A DNA stretch of 64,000 nt. Origin: Eledone cirrhosa. Its lineage: Eukaryota. Each line of letters opens with the position of its first letter. Position 1 is the first letter of the stretch. Positions 14,136 through 28,755 of the stretch are shown here, in pieces. The stretch is from the NCBI GenBank assembly GCA_964016885.1, contig OZ024742.1, forward strand, positions 207,328,001 to 207,392,000, read 5' to 3'. A program made the translations under genes and the position numbers. The notes beneath the pieces were generated by a model. The model was not told the DNA's origin, made no database searches, and saw only the letters and a program-made list of their open reading frames with translations.

Positions 14136-14837
14136 TTACGCAGCGATATACATAACTGAATGACCATATTTATGTATGTAAATATCCTACACATACACAA
14201 CATACAGTCACACAAGCATATGTGTTTATGGATTGGTATCATTTTGGCAGAAGAGTAATTATGTTGTTCCGATTGTAGAATTCAAGGCAGTTGTGGCTTT
14301 GAAAAGAAACAATAAAAGTAATAAATAAATTTAAAAAAAAACAACGATTTAGTCGATTTGGCACTGTCTGAGATCTAGACTTTTAAGAAAATATCACTTG
14401 TTTTTTTATGGTTATTTTTGTTTTCTATTATTTTATAAATAATTTTCACAGAAATTTTCTGCTAAGATAATTTCCATATCAGTTTTCTGTATTATAGAAA
14501 AAATCATATGTGGAAAATGTGTTCTTGTGGCTCTTGTCTGATAGTAGTATTGCCGACTTAAAATTGGTCATTGTCCAGAGAGAAAGAATACAATCGATAT
14601 GGCAGTTTTGGGAACTTGGGTGGAGGGGGAGAAGTAATACCACCGATAAATGATCAAACCGATGGTGTGGCTATAATTTAGGAATTAAGTGAGGCTACAC
14701 GTGTGTCTGGGTGTATATGTGTGCATGTGCCTCTGTATGTGTGTATATGTCTTTTTTAGACACGCTCACCTATGTCTCCAGCCTTCACACACAGACACAT
14801 AGGTTGTTTATATCTATATCTATCTATCTATCTAACA

Positions 14838-14925
<88 letters not shown>

Positions 14926-15241
14926 TATATACATATATATATAAATATAATCTGAGTTTTTCGAATATTAATAAAAACATTCGATTCGTTTGCAATTATG
15001 CAAACGAACCTCAATTTTATAGCCATGTCAGTAGAATGAACCCTTCATTCTTGCTCTTGTGTTGGCATGCGAACAGAACTGCAGACACTAATGTTTCTGG
15101 GTATCACCCTTCATCAGTACAGCTCACTGTTCACCTGCCAAACTGTCAGAACTAGTGAACATATATGCTATTTTCAAAAATACACAGTGACTGATCGGCC
15201 TTTCTTTTATATATATACATATATATGTGTGTGTGTGTGCG

Positions 15242-15281
<40 letters not shown>

Positions 15282-15294
15282 TGTGTGTGTGTAT

Positions 15295-15410
<116 letters not shown>

Positions 15411-15490
15411 GTAAACAGAAATAACAACACAATCGGTACAGTATATGGAAGGGGTATATTAAGTTAACGCTTGATATAGCAGGAAGAGGG

Positions 15491-15525
15491 TCTTAACGTT
15501 TCGGACGCTCGTCTTCGTCAGAAGA
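15491..15525 (-). ncRNA. Minimal hammerhead motif in a PLE-end-like repeat
   Basis: Reverse complement: tctt-CTGACGA-agacgagcgtcc-GAA-ACGT-T-aaga; a related degenerate copy lies at ~10343-10380. Confidence 0.6.
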
Positions 15526-16105
15526 AAGAATGAGAAATAAGATAGATTGAGGGGACGGGTGGGTTAGAATTGGAAAAAATGTCTTTAGATAAAAATAACA
15601 GAACCATTCATGTTGACATCTCTTGTGAGTGTATTCTTATATGTCTCAAATGATTATGTATTGATACAACAATCATCTATCATTTTCCTATTAATGTATT
15701 TGTGTGTGTGAGTAAGTGTATGTATATACGTGTGCGTGCGTGTGTATATAAAAATATAAACAGAGTGGAATTACACCCAATTGTAAAAAGAACCCAAACC
15801 AAAAACAAACAAACAAATAAAATATCAAAACACATCTTCACGCAAAAAATCAATGGCGGCAGCCTGTGCATAGGATGGACAGAACTGTACTTGAAAGGCG
15901 ATGAGTGGTCAAACAAGAAAGTGTAGCTTTAGTGGTAGTGACTGTGCTCGTGGAAGCTTTGGTGGTGGTGCTGCTGTTGTAAGTAATATTAGTAATATTG
16001 GGTTGTTCTTGTTGGTGTTGGTAATGGTATTGTTAGCATTAGTAGTAGTTTTAGTTGTAAAGGAGACCTTTGTGATGTGGGGTTGGTGGTGCTATATGTA
16101 GTAGC

Positions 16106-16163
<58 letters not shown>

Positions 16164-17504
16164 ATGGAATTTGCAGAGATGGAGAGATGATAGTAAAAGT
16201 AGTAGTAGTAGTAGTAGAAGTGGTAGTGATAATGGAGATGATAATTGGGGGTTGTAGTTTCATAGTTCTAAAGGTAGGCATGCTGTTAATGGTATCCGTG
16301 GTAGATGTAACCGCAGTGAGTGGAATTTGGGAAGGTGGAGATTGTAGTCGTGATAGTAGTGGTGTTGGTGGTTATGGTAGGGTTAGTGGTTCTGATGATG
16401 GTGGCATTGATAATAATGGTGGTGATGATGTTAGTAGTGATGTTGGTGAGGGTGATGGACGTGTTGATTGCGTTGATGGTGCTGATATTGTTGGTGTATT
16501 TAGCGGTGATTGTAGTGGTTATTGTAAATGTGGTGGTACTGGCTATGATGGTAATGGTTGTGACGCAAAAACGTGGCAGTGCTCGTATTTTTGGTCGTGT
16601 TAGGATTGATTGTAATAGGTGTAGTAGTGGTCCTGGTAGTATTGGTTGCAGAAAAGGAGAAATAGGTGTATTCCAGTAAGGGTTGTGTTAACGATGGGAG
16701 TTTTAACTGGTCTTGGGAATTTAGTCAAATTTGCTATTTTAGCCACATTTCAGCATTGATTGAGTAGACCTATGATCAAATGTATTACAGTTATGAATTC
16801 CATCATTTCTGTCCCCCATGTGCTGCAAATATAAGATCTCCTTATTCAACATGTGCTTATTTAAGCTGGTAGCGTGTGATTGGAGGCAGGTTTGGCTGCT
16901 GGTTTTAGACTGTCAAGTATCCACATTGAAACACATTGATTTACTCGGACTTTCTACTGTGGTACCTAGAGAGGATTTTTTTATTTTCTTTTTGTTCCAC
17001 ATCAACCTGGATAGAATAAACCTATTACAAACAATAGCATGCCACCGCGTCTTTTTTCTTTTTTTTTTGACATAGTACACCTTGGTCTACATCATCTAAC
17101 GAACGTGTCCTTTCATTTATAAGAGAAGAAGACGTCGTTTGAAGAAGATATAGCAACCATGCCTCAGATTTCGAGCAACAATGTACAAACTTTCTCACAT
17201 TGGCTCCGAACAAGTGGTTGCTATTGTTTAACACCAGGACATTCCTGATTAAACAAGCCCATGATCAAAATCATTTCTCTCATTTTTTTTCTGAGCGTAG
17301 GGGACTGAAGACCATATTAAACAACGCGTCTTTTTCAAAGACAGCAGGGTGTGATTTGAGAGGAGATTCAGCTGCTATTTCTTGTAGAATGAATGACCAC
17401 GTAGAGGATACTTCGTTGGCTCGAGTAGCAAAAGTGTAGGTGTTTAAGGTGGAGGTTAGATGTAATGTTGCGAGTTGTGATGAGGTGATAATGTTTTCTG
17501 ATAT

Positions 17505-17700
17505 AGGCACAAGGCCAACAACTCTGGGGGATGGGAAAGTCGATTAAATCAACCCCAGTGGGTTATTTGTATTTTATTTTATCGGCCCCGTACGGATGAA
17601 TGTCAAATATAACCATAGCAGGATTTGAACTCAGAACGCAGAGACGAAACTGTATGCCACAAACATGTCCGGTGCCCTACCGATACTGCCAATCCATCAA
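17505..17700 (-). mobile_element. Nin/Deu-like SINE copy
   Basis: aggcacaaggcc...gtcgattaaatc...ggatttgaactcag...taccgatactgccaatcc. Confidence 0.75.
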
Positions 17701-17712
17701 TAAAAGCAAAAA

Positions 17713-17785
<73 letters not shown>

Positions 17786-18069
17786 TACAATAGTGATCAT
17801 GGCACACAGATACAATGCTGGAGTGTCATGGATAAACCGATTGTTGATTTACTGTTATTGTGCTGATTTCTTATCCGTAGTGTAGAGTTTGAATAACCCT
17901 GACCGGCTAGAAATAATTAAAAAATTTAATGATTAAAAGTTTGTGACTTTTTAATTATGACTTATTTCTTGAAAACCTGTGTAGAAATTTACAATAAAAT
18001 CGGATTCTGTTCATTAATCAGAAAATAACCCCTTCACCAACTAAATGTTTATTGTTTATTTGTTCAATT

Positions 18070-19146
18070 ACAGAGGATCTCCTTGTTAAGCCTCCTCGGT
18101 AAAGTCTATGCTAAGTGTCTAGTAAAGAGGTGCAGGGAGATTGTCGAGTCCACGTTAGCTTGTGAACAGTGTGGTTTTCGCTCCGGACGTAGCACAGGCA
18201 ACCACATATTAACACTGCAGCAGGTCGTCGAGAAATCGTGGAAGTATTGCCAAGAGGTATATAAATCAGTTGACTGGAATCTGCAGACGACATGGTGTTA
18301 TTAACTCGACAGAAGATGATCTTCGACTTGCGCTTGATAGGTTTGATGCTGAGTGCTGCAGGGCTGGAATGAAAATCAGCGCAGCAAAATCTGAGACAAT
18401 CGTCCTATCAAGGAAGCCAGCGCAGTGCACTCTACATGTGAATGGAGTACCCACTGGAGCAGGTGGAAAAGTTCAAGTATCTCGGGGCCGAATTCACGTT
18501 TGATAGACGCTGAATTAAGTGCAATAATTGTAGGAGCTGATGGAGCAATGCGCCAGCTTCAGCATTCGGTAATCAGAAGAAGGGAGATATGCGTAAAAGC
18601 CGAACTTGCTATCTGCAATTCGGTATTCGTGCCAACCCTTACTTATGGTCATGAATCTTGGGGAATGACCGAAATAATACGAGCAGCCGAAATCGGGTTC
18701 CTCCGAAGGGTCTTTGGAGTAACGTTACTCGATTGAGTGCGTAGCTTGGTGATCATAGGGTCAATCAAGGTAAAGCCTCTACTCCTCCGAATTGAGAGAT
18801 CACAACTCAGATATGTGGTTAGAATGTCCCAGGAAAGAATCGGTGGATAGATTTTACGGGCAAAACAAACCGACAGGAAACCCAGCATTGTTGTTGGATA
18901 ACATCCCTGAGCTTGGCTGGTCTCGCTTTGGGATCCAGCTGGATCGTTTAAAGTCGGTTATTTCTAACAGAACCCACTGGAGGGAGTGTTTGGATACTGC
19001 CTCCATGACCCTCTCAGGAATAAGTGGACATGAAAAGCAGCAAGAAATGAAGTGTCTTGCTTAAGAACGCTATGCGCTGACCTGTCGAAGAAGAAGAAGA
19101 AGAAGAAGAAGAAGAAGAAGAAGAAGAAGAAGAAGAAGAAGAAGAA
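18070..19146 (+). mobile_element. Deleted and degenerate RTE-clade LINE with (GAA)n tail
   Basis: ISLLSLLGKVYAKCL...EQCGFRSGRST; GMKISAAKSETIVL; SVFVPTLTYGHESW...RAAEIGFLRRVFGVTLLD; ends in (gaa)n at 19087-19146. Confidence 0.85.
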
Positions 19147-19263
19147 TATATATACGACTACTCTTATATATGCAGACACTAAATCATACAGAAATATGCT
19201 ATTATACGCACTTAAATTACTTAAAATACTATCTTCAACATACGCATTAATATACACCTCACA

Positions 19264-19328
<65 letters not shown>

Positions 19329-19666
19329 ACAAAATCATTCCTATATTTCTCCACCAAAATCATCATATGAATCAGAGCATCAATTCACATAAAAAGATAC
19401 ACTCCTCTATTTCTATTCGCAAATTACCAACAAATACCAACATCTTCAACAGCATCAGCACCACTGCCATGAATATCTCTATCACTGCTATTCCAACTAC
19501 TAATAATGCCATCAATATCAAAAACAATGGTATACTATAGCAATTTCATAGGAATGCAGTTCTATTTAAGGAACTTCTGCACCTTAACATGCTTTTTTTT
19601 TTTACAACTAGATAAATTACTATTCCTATATCACACACACACGGATATTACCTTCCAGTGTTCTAC

Positions 19667-19719
<53 letters not shown>

Positions 19720-19927
19720 TGTGTGTGTGTATTTCCGAAGGAAAAAGTGTACTCTATGTATAGAACAGAGTTACTTAATTAGAAAGTGAACAACAAAATA
19801 TATAACTACTCCATTGCCAAAGGTTTCAGGACACATAGACAATATTAGAATACGTATAGATCGTTCATCAGACAGAGAGGTTATATAATGGATTAGTGAT
19901 ATATTATGTTGTTCACTTTCTAATTAA

Positions 19928-20006
<79 letters not shown>

Positions 20007-20077
20007 AGCACTCATTAACACAAAAATATGTATGTATATGTATGCATATATATATATTTCTAAATATATATATATAT

Positions 20078-20290
20078 TAGGATTGGTGCTCTAAATAGCG
20101 ATGTATACATGAATGTAAGTATAGTATATTTGGCAATATACCATATGTTCGGCGAAAGCAGGGTCTCTGATGAACGCCAACCAGCGTGAAACAAACTGTC
20201 ATCTTCCCTCCCTTCTTTCGCCGAAAGGAAGTAAGTGATATAGTTACTACTTTAAAACTGAATGCATATGGTCTTCTAAATGTTTCATGA
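20078..20290. mobile_element. Diverged relative of the 310-bp HHR unit with an internal inversion
   Basis: 20148-20290 (+) has CTGATGA-acgc/gcgt-GAA-ACA/TGT-C inside an 11-bp outer stem; 20078-20148 is the reverse complement of the unit's end/start junction. Confidence 0.7.
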
Positions 20291-21004
20291 GTGGATATAT
20301 TTTTTCGCATATATTTTAATATTATGATGAGTGCATTTATAACTATAATGAATTGTAGTATAAGATATTATTGTATGTCGTTATTTAAAAAAAATATTAT
20401 TTAGTAGATAAAGGATTATGCATGAATATAGATCTTATTTAAGTATATATATATAGACATAGAATTATAAATGAGCGTAAGATAGATAAAAAAATAATAT
20501 ATAAGCATTTTTTACATATACTTTAAGAATGTGAAAGTAATTATATTTTTAAAGTAAAGATGTATAGTATTATGCATAATCTATTATTGTATATGGTTAG
20601 TAATATAAAATTTAAACATTTTAAAACATTTTTTTTAAGGAAAGATAACTCCAATATTTAGCAATTTTAGGAATATAGATATTTAAAAATATATTGTTTT
20701 ATCTAATGTTTAACCTAATAATTAATTATAATTTATATTATAATATAAGTAAAAATGTCTATAAGATTTCAGAGCACCATATAGTAAATAGGATTTTGAT
20801 AATAATAAACAAATAAATATTTCTAAGTATAAATTTTGATAATAATAAATATTACTATGTATAAATTTAAGAACATTTAAAAACAATTAAAAATAAATAT
20901 TGTATATAGGCAACTTATATAGACCATAGTGTAGTATTTTCTATAAATTATAAATATCATGAAATGTTCTGAAGCAAGAATTAAATATTTGATTTTTTTG
21001 TTTG

Positions 21005-21197
21005 TTAATAATTGTTTCTACTTTAGGCACAAGGCCAGCAATTAACCAGTGCATTACTGGTACTTTATTTTATCGACCCTGTAAGGATGAAAGGCAAAGT
21101 CAACCTCCGCTGGATTTGAACTCAGATCGTAAAGGTACGTAACTATGCTGGAGAGCATGGCGTCCGACCCTCTACCGATACTGCCAATCCACCGCCC
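21005..21197 (-). mobile_element. Nin/Deu-like SINE copy
   Basis: Same family as 13690-13880. Confidence 0.85.
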
Positions 21198-21222
21198 AAT
21201 TTGTTTGTTAATAATGTTACCA

Positions 21223-21498
<276 letters not shown>

Positions 21499-21506
21499 AT
21501 ATATAT

Positions 21507-21746
21507 AATTGAGAAGACGTGTGGCTGAGTGGTTGGAGAATTGGATTCGCAATCGTATGGTTGTGAGTTCGATTCCTGGACCAGGCGATGCGTTATGTCC
21601 TTGAGCAAGACACTTTATGTCACGTTGCTCCTTCTACCTGGAGTTGCGACCGATAGATAGTATTAGCAATTGGAAAGACCAACGGAAACATTGTTCCCTC
21701 GGTCCGATTTGACGAAAGTCGATCGTTACTTTTTTTTTATACATAG

Positions 21747-21808
<62 letters not shown>

Positions 21809-22375
21809 TAAAACATGTTTATAGAATCACAAGATAAAATATATACTATTTCCTCTCCCAATTAGCATAATTAACTATATAAAAAAATCGAATAGACCAG
21901 GCTATAAGAATGAGGCTTCTATGAAGAAATTTCCGACAAATAACCAAAACTAGCCAGCCCTTCGCGTCGGCCGTAGCGGAATATTTATCGAATATTTCGA
22001 CAGCGTAATCGCCCAGATACAGTCAACTAAACAGAATTAGGTGTAAAATAAACTAGGAGAAAATAGAATACATTTAAATACCTCTACCATGGTTTCGTCC
22101 GTATTTTGAGTTTTCCAATAATTATGTAATAATTATATAAACTCGAGCACCGGATTCTTCAGGAAGTTCGTTCTTATCTAGACACTAAATTTTCCAAAGT
22201 GATCGCGCCAAGAATTCATTCAAAATGGCTAAAAATGTGACGTAGTCGCGGTCAGGTTGGAAGGGGTGTGGTAGTTGCTTACGACTGGTGGCATTTTTGC
22301 TAGAAAGCACAGCACAATACATTCAAATTTGTATCTCAACCTAATGGGAGATTATTACATATTAAAAGTTTACAT
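21507..22375 (+). repeat. Copy 1 of a ~860-bp near-identical inverted duplication
   Basis: Reverse complement of 41543-42386 with a few substitutions and a (TA)n length difference. Confidence 0.92.
21510..21632 (+). mobile_element. tRNA-headed CORE-like SINE fragment
   Basis: gtggctgagtggtt (A box)...gagttcgattcc (B box)...gtccttgagcaagacacttta; inverted copy at ~42263-42385. Confidence 0.75.
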
Positions 22376-22673
22376 ATATATATATACATGTATATACATA
22401 TACGTGTTTTTCAACTGGTCACTTTGTGGCTCTATGAAAAAGTGACCAGTTGCAAAACACGTATATGTATATATATGTATATATATATGTAAACTTTTCA
22501 TCCTTACGGGGTCGATATGCCTTTCATCCTTACGGGGTCGATAAAATAAAGTACCAGTAATGCACTGGTTAATTGCTGGCCTTGTGCCTATAGTAGAAAC
22601 AATTATTAACAAACAAAAAAATCAAATATTTAATTTATTATATATATATATATATATATATATAATGTTACCA

Positions 22674-22721
<48 letters not shown>

Positions 22722-22728
22722 TGGTAAC

Positions 22729-22764
<36 letters not shown>

Positions 22765-22804
22765 GGAATACTGTTGGCTTTTTGCTAAAGTATTTTCGAT
22801 ACCT

Positions 22805-22852
<48 letters not shown>

Positions 22853-23047
22853 TGACTTGGCAAGCTATTTAGAACACTGGTTTAACCGCTTTACTTCCCT
22901 CCGGAAGAAGAGATATTATCTCGAAAATTAAGGACATTTAAATAAATCTAAGGTAAAAGACTAATTGTGAACAATATCTTTTGCAATTGCATTCTTTATT
23001 CTATGTCCATACCTGCATTGTTTTGGCTTTATTATACATATACAAAC

Positions 23048-23083
<36 letters not shown>

Positions 23084-23085
23084 GC

Positions 23086-26000
23086 CGACAAGGCAACGGC
23101 TGTACATTTCCGGCAGACTTGAAGAGCTTGGTGTAGAAGCCTTCGCAAAACCTTTTCCACTTCACTCTTTCGCTGACCGGTACTCCAGCTGTGTTCTACA
23201 GGGTCGTCACCTCCGATCTGTACATGTCACTCTCGCATTTCTTGAGGCTCTTCTTTTCCTTTGCGGCCTTCAGAGGCTTTTCCATTCGGTATGCCTCGAA
23301 GTCTCTCTTCAGTTGTTGACGTATCACTCTGCTGAGATGGGAATATTCGAGGTGATATTCAGGTCTCCCCTTCATATTCTTCCTCTTCTCAAGCAGCTTC
23401 ATAGTTTCCTCCGAGATTCCTTCCGCTCCCTCGGGCACACGCCTTCCTCAAGCACTCCTCAGTTTCCTTATCAGTGAGTCGTAGTCAGCGCCTATGCCGT
23501 CTCCTTGACGCCAGTTTACCTGCACGATGGCTTCCTGCAGCTGCGCCTCGTTGAAGACCCGCACGCGTTTTCCCTTCGACGCCAAATGCAGCGCCTTCTT
23601 CTCCCTCGTCCGGTCGACGACGACCTTCGCCCTCACCAGACGATGATCACTGCCAGTGTTGAATGGCATTATGACGGAGACGTCCTGCAGTATGCGTCGC
23701 TTGTCGACCAAGATGTAGTCGATCTCGTTTCAGTGCTCAGAATTTGGCGATACTCAGGTCCATCTCTTCTCCTTCTTCTTCTTGAATAGGCTGTTTCCGA
23801 TGTAGAGCCGTCTCGCCTCCGCCATTGTGACCAGACTCTCTCCTCTCTCATTTCGCTATCCTAGGCCGAATCTTCCGACATATTCTTTCCCGTTACGACG
23901 GTGTAAGTGGATTTCACAGCTAGCACTTTGTCTAGCTGGTGATAGAATTCTTCCACTTCATCGTCGTCGCTGGGAGCGTAGGTCTGGACGATCTTGAGGG
24001 TGGCCTTGCCTGAGGGGTTCATGTTCAGTAGACCAATCGGTGACTATATGAACTGGCAAGAAGAGTCGTTCGAAGCCCATTACTTGCTTACCATGAACAC
24101 TATACCTCCGACCGATCTTGCACCCTCTGCTTTCCCGAGTCTCACGGCGAATCCATCTTGTCATCGCGAACTCGTCTCCTTCTTCTGGCGGATCTCGCAC
24201 AGCCCTAACACGTCGCACCTGATCTTTTTCTCCTCCATTAGGTGTTTCAGTTCTTGCCCCCTTCCAAAGACCTGCAGTTGTAGATGCATATGGCCAGATT
24301 AGTCCTGTTCCTTGGCGACCTTCGGGAACCTGTGATTCTTAGCAGCCTCTTGTCGCTCGGGTTGCACTCCGCCGTCGTGGAGTGGCCCGATTGACGCGCA
24401 GGGAACTGATGCCCTTTTCTTCATGCTGTTTTAACCATAAGATGACGCCATACCACTGGCTGGGCGGGCAGGCCGGTACCTCTTCAGTTTAGCTAGCTTT
24501 TGAACTCTAGAAGATGATTAATCATCTCTAGGACTAATAGTCTGATACCTGTGTAGCATGGTAAAACGTGCCAAGATATTGAGTCCCGCTACCATAGCTA
24601 TCAGACAGCCAGGGTCACCGCTGCGCCACTCTTGAAGCAATGAAGTAGGATTTTGCAGTGGATTTTGCCACCCACCCTTGTCGGTGAGGTCGAAAGAGGC
24701 GTCGGCTTGATGAAAAGCGGAAAGGCGCCTGGGAAAGACGGCTAAAATCGGAGGTGTTGAAGTCAGGCGGGGAGCAGCTCTGGAAAATCCTCGCCGAGCC
24801 ATTCACACACTATCTGGACGAGGGAAGAATACCCTCTCAGTGGAAAGAATCGGATACCATCCTGCTATACAAGAAGGGCGATAGAGAAGATCTGAAGAAC
24901 TACCGACCCATATGCCTGCTGTCTCACGTGTACAAGCTGTTCACGAAGATAATCCTGAAGTGGTTATCACGTCATCTGGACGAACAGCAACGGAGAGAGC
25001 AAGCCGGCTTCCGGAAGAACTACAACTAGATGGACCACATATTTACTCTGACACAACTGCTTGAGCGAGCGAAACAGTACAGAATGTCTCTTTGCGTCAC
25101 GTTCGTAGACTACAAAGGCAAGGAGTCGATGAGCAATACGTTCAACTACTCAGGGAGGACAGTTACGGATGCACCACCGACATAGCTCTGCTGTCCTCAC
25201 TCGTACGCGTGCCGGTCGAGAAGGGAGTGAAGAAAGGAGATACGATCTCTCCAAAACATTTCACCGCATGTCTCGAGCAGATCATCAGAGGCATTGACTG
25301 GCAATGTGGTGTCAACATCAACGGCGAGATACTTACCCACCTCGATTTCGCTGATGACATCGTACTCATCGCCGAAACCACGGATCAGCTTCAGACCATG
25401 CTGACGGAGCTCAACATCAAAATCTCTGCAGTAGGCCTCAAGATGAACCGCATGAAAACGAAGCTCATGCGGTCCGACAACGTACCAACAGGTCGAATGG
25501 TGGTTGGTGGTGATGAAATAGAGGAGGTGGAGGAATACGTCTACCTAGGACAAGAAGTGAACATGCGCCGAGACATTGAGAGGGAGATCTCGCGGAGAGT
25601 AATGGGCGTAAGAAAAGCGTTCAACGGCATAAGGGATGTGCTCAAGGCGAAGTTGGACAAGACCACCCGCACCAACCTTTTCAATAGCACACAGTTTTAC
25701 CTACAATGTTATATGGCAGTGAAACTTAGGCTACAACGAAGAGAGAAGAGCAGAGGCTGGTAACGGCTCAAAGAGCCATGGAGAGATCAATGATAGGAAT
25801 CTCGTTGAGAGAGCACATCAGGAGCGAAGTTATCAGACAGAAGTCCGGCGTGAGGGACGTCATCACGGAATATAAGCGCAGCAAGTTCACAAGGGGCGGA
25901 CACGTCGCCCGGTTCACCGATAATTGGTGGACCCGCGCAATTGCCGGCTGGACCCGCGCGAGCGGAAACGACCACTCGGAAGTCCTCTACGAAGGTGGAG

Positions 26001-26122
26001 TTAAGATTTTAGGAATACGATTAGGGTACATTGATGAGGAAAGAACGATCCAGAGAGGAATGGACGGCGTACTGTGACCAGCGGCGCCGAATGGACGCCC
26101 GACAGACTGGTCGGTCAAGGTG
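23086..26122. mobile_element. Full-length RTE LINE with inverted 5' half (5'UTR and APE endonuclease on -, RT and 3' end on +); 12-bp TSD
   Basis: Minus strand: VDKRRILQDVSVIMPFNTGSDHRLV (APE SDH motif). Plus strand: LYKKGDREDLKNYRPICLLS...EQAGFR; KGVKKGDTISPK...LDFADDIVL. atatatatacgc at 23074-23085 and 26123-26134. Confidence 0.9.
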
Positions 26123-26802
26123 ATATATATACGCAAACACATGATAAAACCATAATCAACAACTAGCACAACCCAGAACGAAACCACACACACAACACAA
26201 CAACACACATGCCAGCTCCACACAGAATACCAACAACCGTCAACGTGGCAACAAGCCCATAAGCCCCAACTGCAACTGCAAAAAGCGATTACACTCCCTG
26301 GATATATATATATATATATATATAAGTAACAGCCGTACTAAGAGTGAGAAACGAAATTTCGTTTCATTTTTTACATTCATCGTTTTCGGTGGGCCCGGCC
26401 GATTAACTCACTCGATATGCAAATTGGGCTGCTCAGCCGTTAATATGCATAAGGAAAGTATATACTTTCAGACTTTCAATCATCTAGCAGGAAGGTATAC
26501 GGTGGTGACGATAGCTAATAAGCTTGAAACTAGTACATCGTTCCTTTGTCAGTGTTGAACAAAAGGGCAACGATGGTTACTAAACACTGTACGACTTAAG
26601 TCGGGATGTTTGTTTACAAACACACCAAGCATTATAATGAATGTTCGGTGAATCCATACGTACATATATATATGTGTGCATGTATGTATATATATAAATA
26701 ATACTGTACGTCTGTACACATATATGTATGTACGTATACATACTTATATTTAAGTAAGAGCAGTACTAAGAGTGAGAACTGAAATTTCGTTTCATTTATT
26801 CC

Positions 26803-26844
<42 letters not shown>

Positions 26845-26914
26845 AGGGAGTGTAATCACTTTACATACATATATATATACATATATATGTATATATTTAT
26901 ATATATGTGTGCAT

Positions 26915-27011
<97 letters not shown>

Positions 27012-28616
27012 AATAAGGGCGCTGCGGAGTTGCAAATGGGTTACATATGAAAAAAAGTTTGTCCTTCATCAGTGATCTTCCAACTATCATAGGCATTTCA
27101 TCGCTTTAAAGACCATATACCTCCGGTTGGTGCGAGCAACGGCTAAAAAAAGACGTTGGGACACGTAAATAAAGGGGACGCGAGGGTAAACAAACAAAAT
27201 GGTGAAGCAACAGAGAGACACACACATGGGGAGCAAGTTTTACGGAGACACAGTATTTCAGGGTTAGAGAATGACATGTACGTTAGACATATGTGTCTTA
27301 GTTTTACAGAATTAATTTCATTTAGTTGTGCAGAAAAATAGTTTTTCTTCCACACAAGTAGAAAAAGAAAATTAAATGGTAATCGCAGAGGAGATAGACA
27401 CATTTTGAAATAGGTTTAAACAGATACGTAGCAAACAGCCCCAAAAATCTACCTCCATAAGAAGACCGATTAAAAGATAATGGCTCGCTTGTTATTAAAT
27501 GTAATGGTTGAAAAGGAGATTTTTGAGGACAAACGGGTTTGAACCTTGAGGAACCTAGAGCTGAATAACAATAGATATAAGATAACATCGAATTTTGCTC
27601 TCTTTTAAAATGTTCGCATCACCATTATATGTTTTTCATTCGGGAAACATTAGTGAAAATAAAATTTCCTAAAGAGCGTGTTAATTGTAAATATGACATT
27701 GATGGCGTGACCCTTGTAAGTGTGATGTTGTGAAGTGGACTGCTACTTCTATTGGTTATGCGTTGGAAATCTTGTTAAAATCGCATTTCAAATGTTCATA
27801 TGAGTAATTGTTTCTCTTGAAATTTCATGGTACCTTATCTGGTTAAATGGATGTTTCTACGTAGTTGAAATAGATTCAACGTCTTCTAACAGTTCCCTTT
27901 ATACAGGATAAGCGAACGTAATAGTGATAAAAATATTCGGATGAAAGGAATTTGTATTAATTGGATATCATTGGAGTTATTTTCCTTAGTTCCTGTTTCA
28001 TTACTTTGAAGGGAGTTCTCGTCTTTAAATTGTAAAAATAATCTCAATTTGTTCAGTTCACTAGAATTTACACATACACATGCGCACACACATGCACACA
28101 CCTTCACACACACATGCACATACACACACAAACACTCGCACACATCCAGACACATATAAATGTATATATAAGTAGACACATACATACATGCATACATACA
28201 TACACATGCATAATTCATACATACATATATACATACACATACATACATACAAACATACCAGCATACATACATACATACATACATACATACATACATACAT
28301 ACATACGTACATACATACATACATACATACATTCATCGGCAGACCAGGGAATTATCAGAAAATTCATTAAATATGGTATGGGGGCTTGTTTCACTTGAAT
28401 CTGTAAGCTATCTTGATTGATATACTTGTCAGTCTTTGACAAGGCTCACCTCACAAAAGCCTAGTTATTAGCCTACTTAACCCTACTCTCACAACCCACA
28501 CCACGGATCTCACCTCCACAAAGACTGATGAAGCACACGATTCCTTTAACCCAGTAATTCCTTCCTGGCGCAATACTAGTAGATGAACAGAGTGAAACTT
28601 ATACCTATGTGAGTGG

Positions 28617-28726
<110 letters not shown>

Positions 28727-28755
28727 AGACACACACATACACACACACACACTTA

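Noticed and set aside
15085-15125. Hammerhead core on the minus strand (also isolated cores near 10365, 22157, 22900, 27065, 28525 and 63180)
   Set aside because: A CTGANGA-like core is present but stems I and III could not be paired convincingly.
15900-16700. Gly/Val/Asp-rich ORFs; similar Thr/His-rich ORFs at 19250-19540, 60050-60400 and 61400-61517
   Set aside because: Degenerate trinucleotide low-complexity DNA with no domain or splice evidence.
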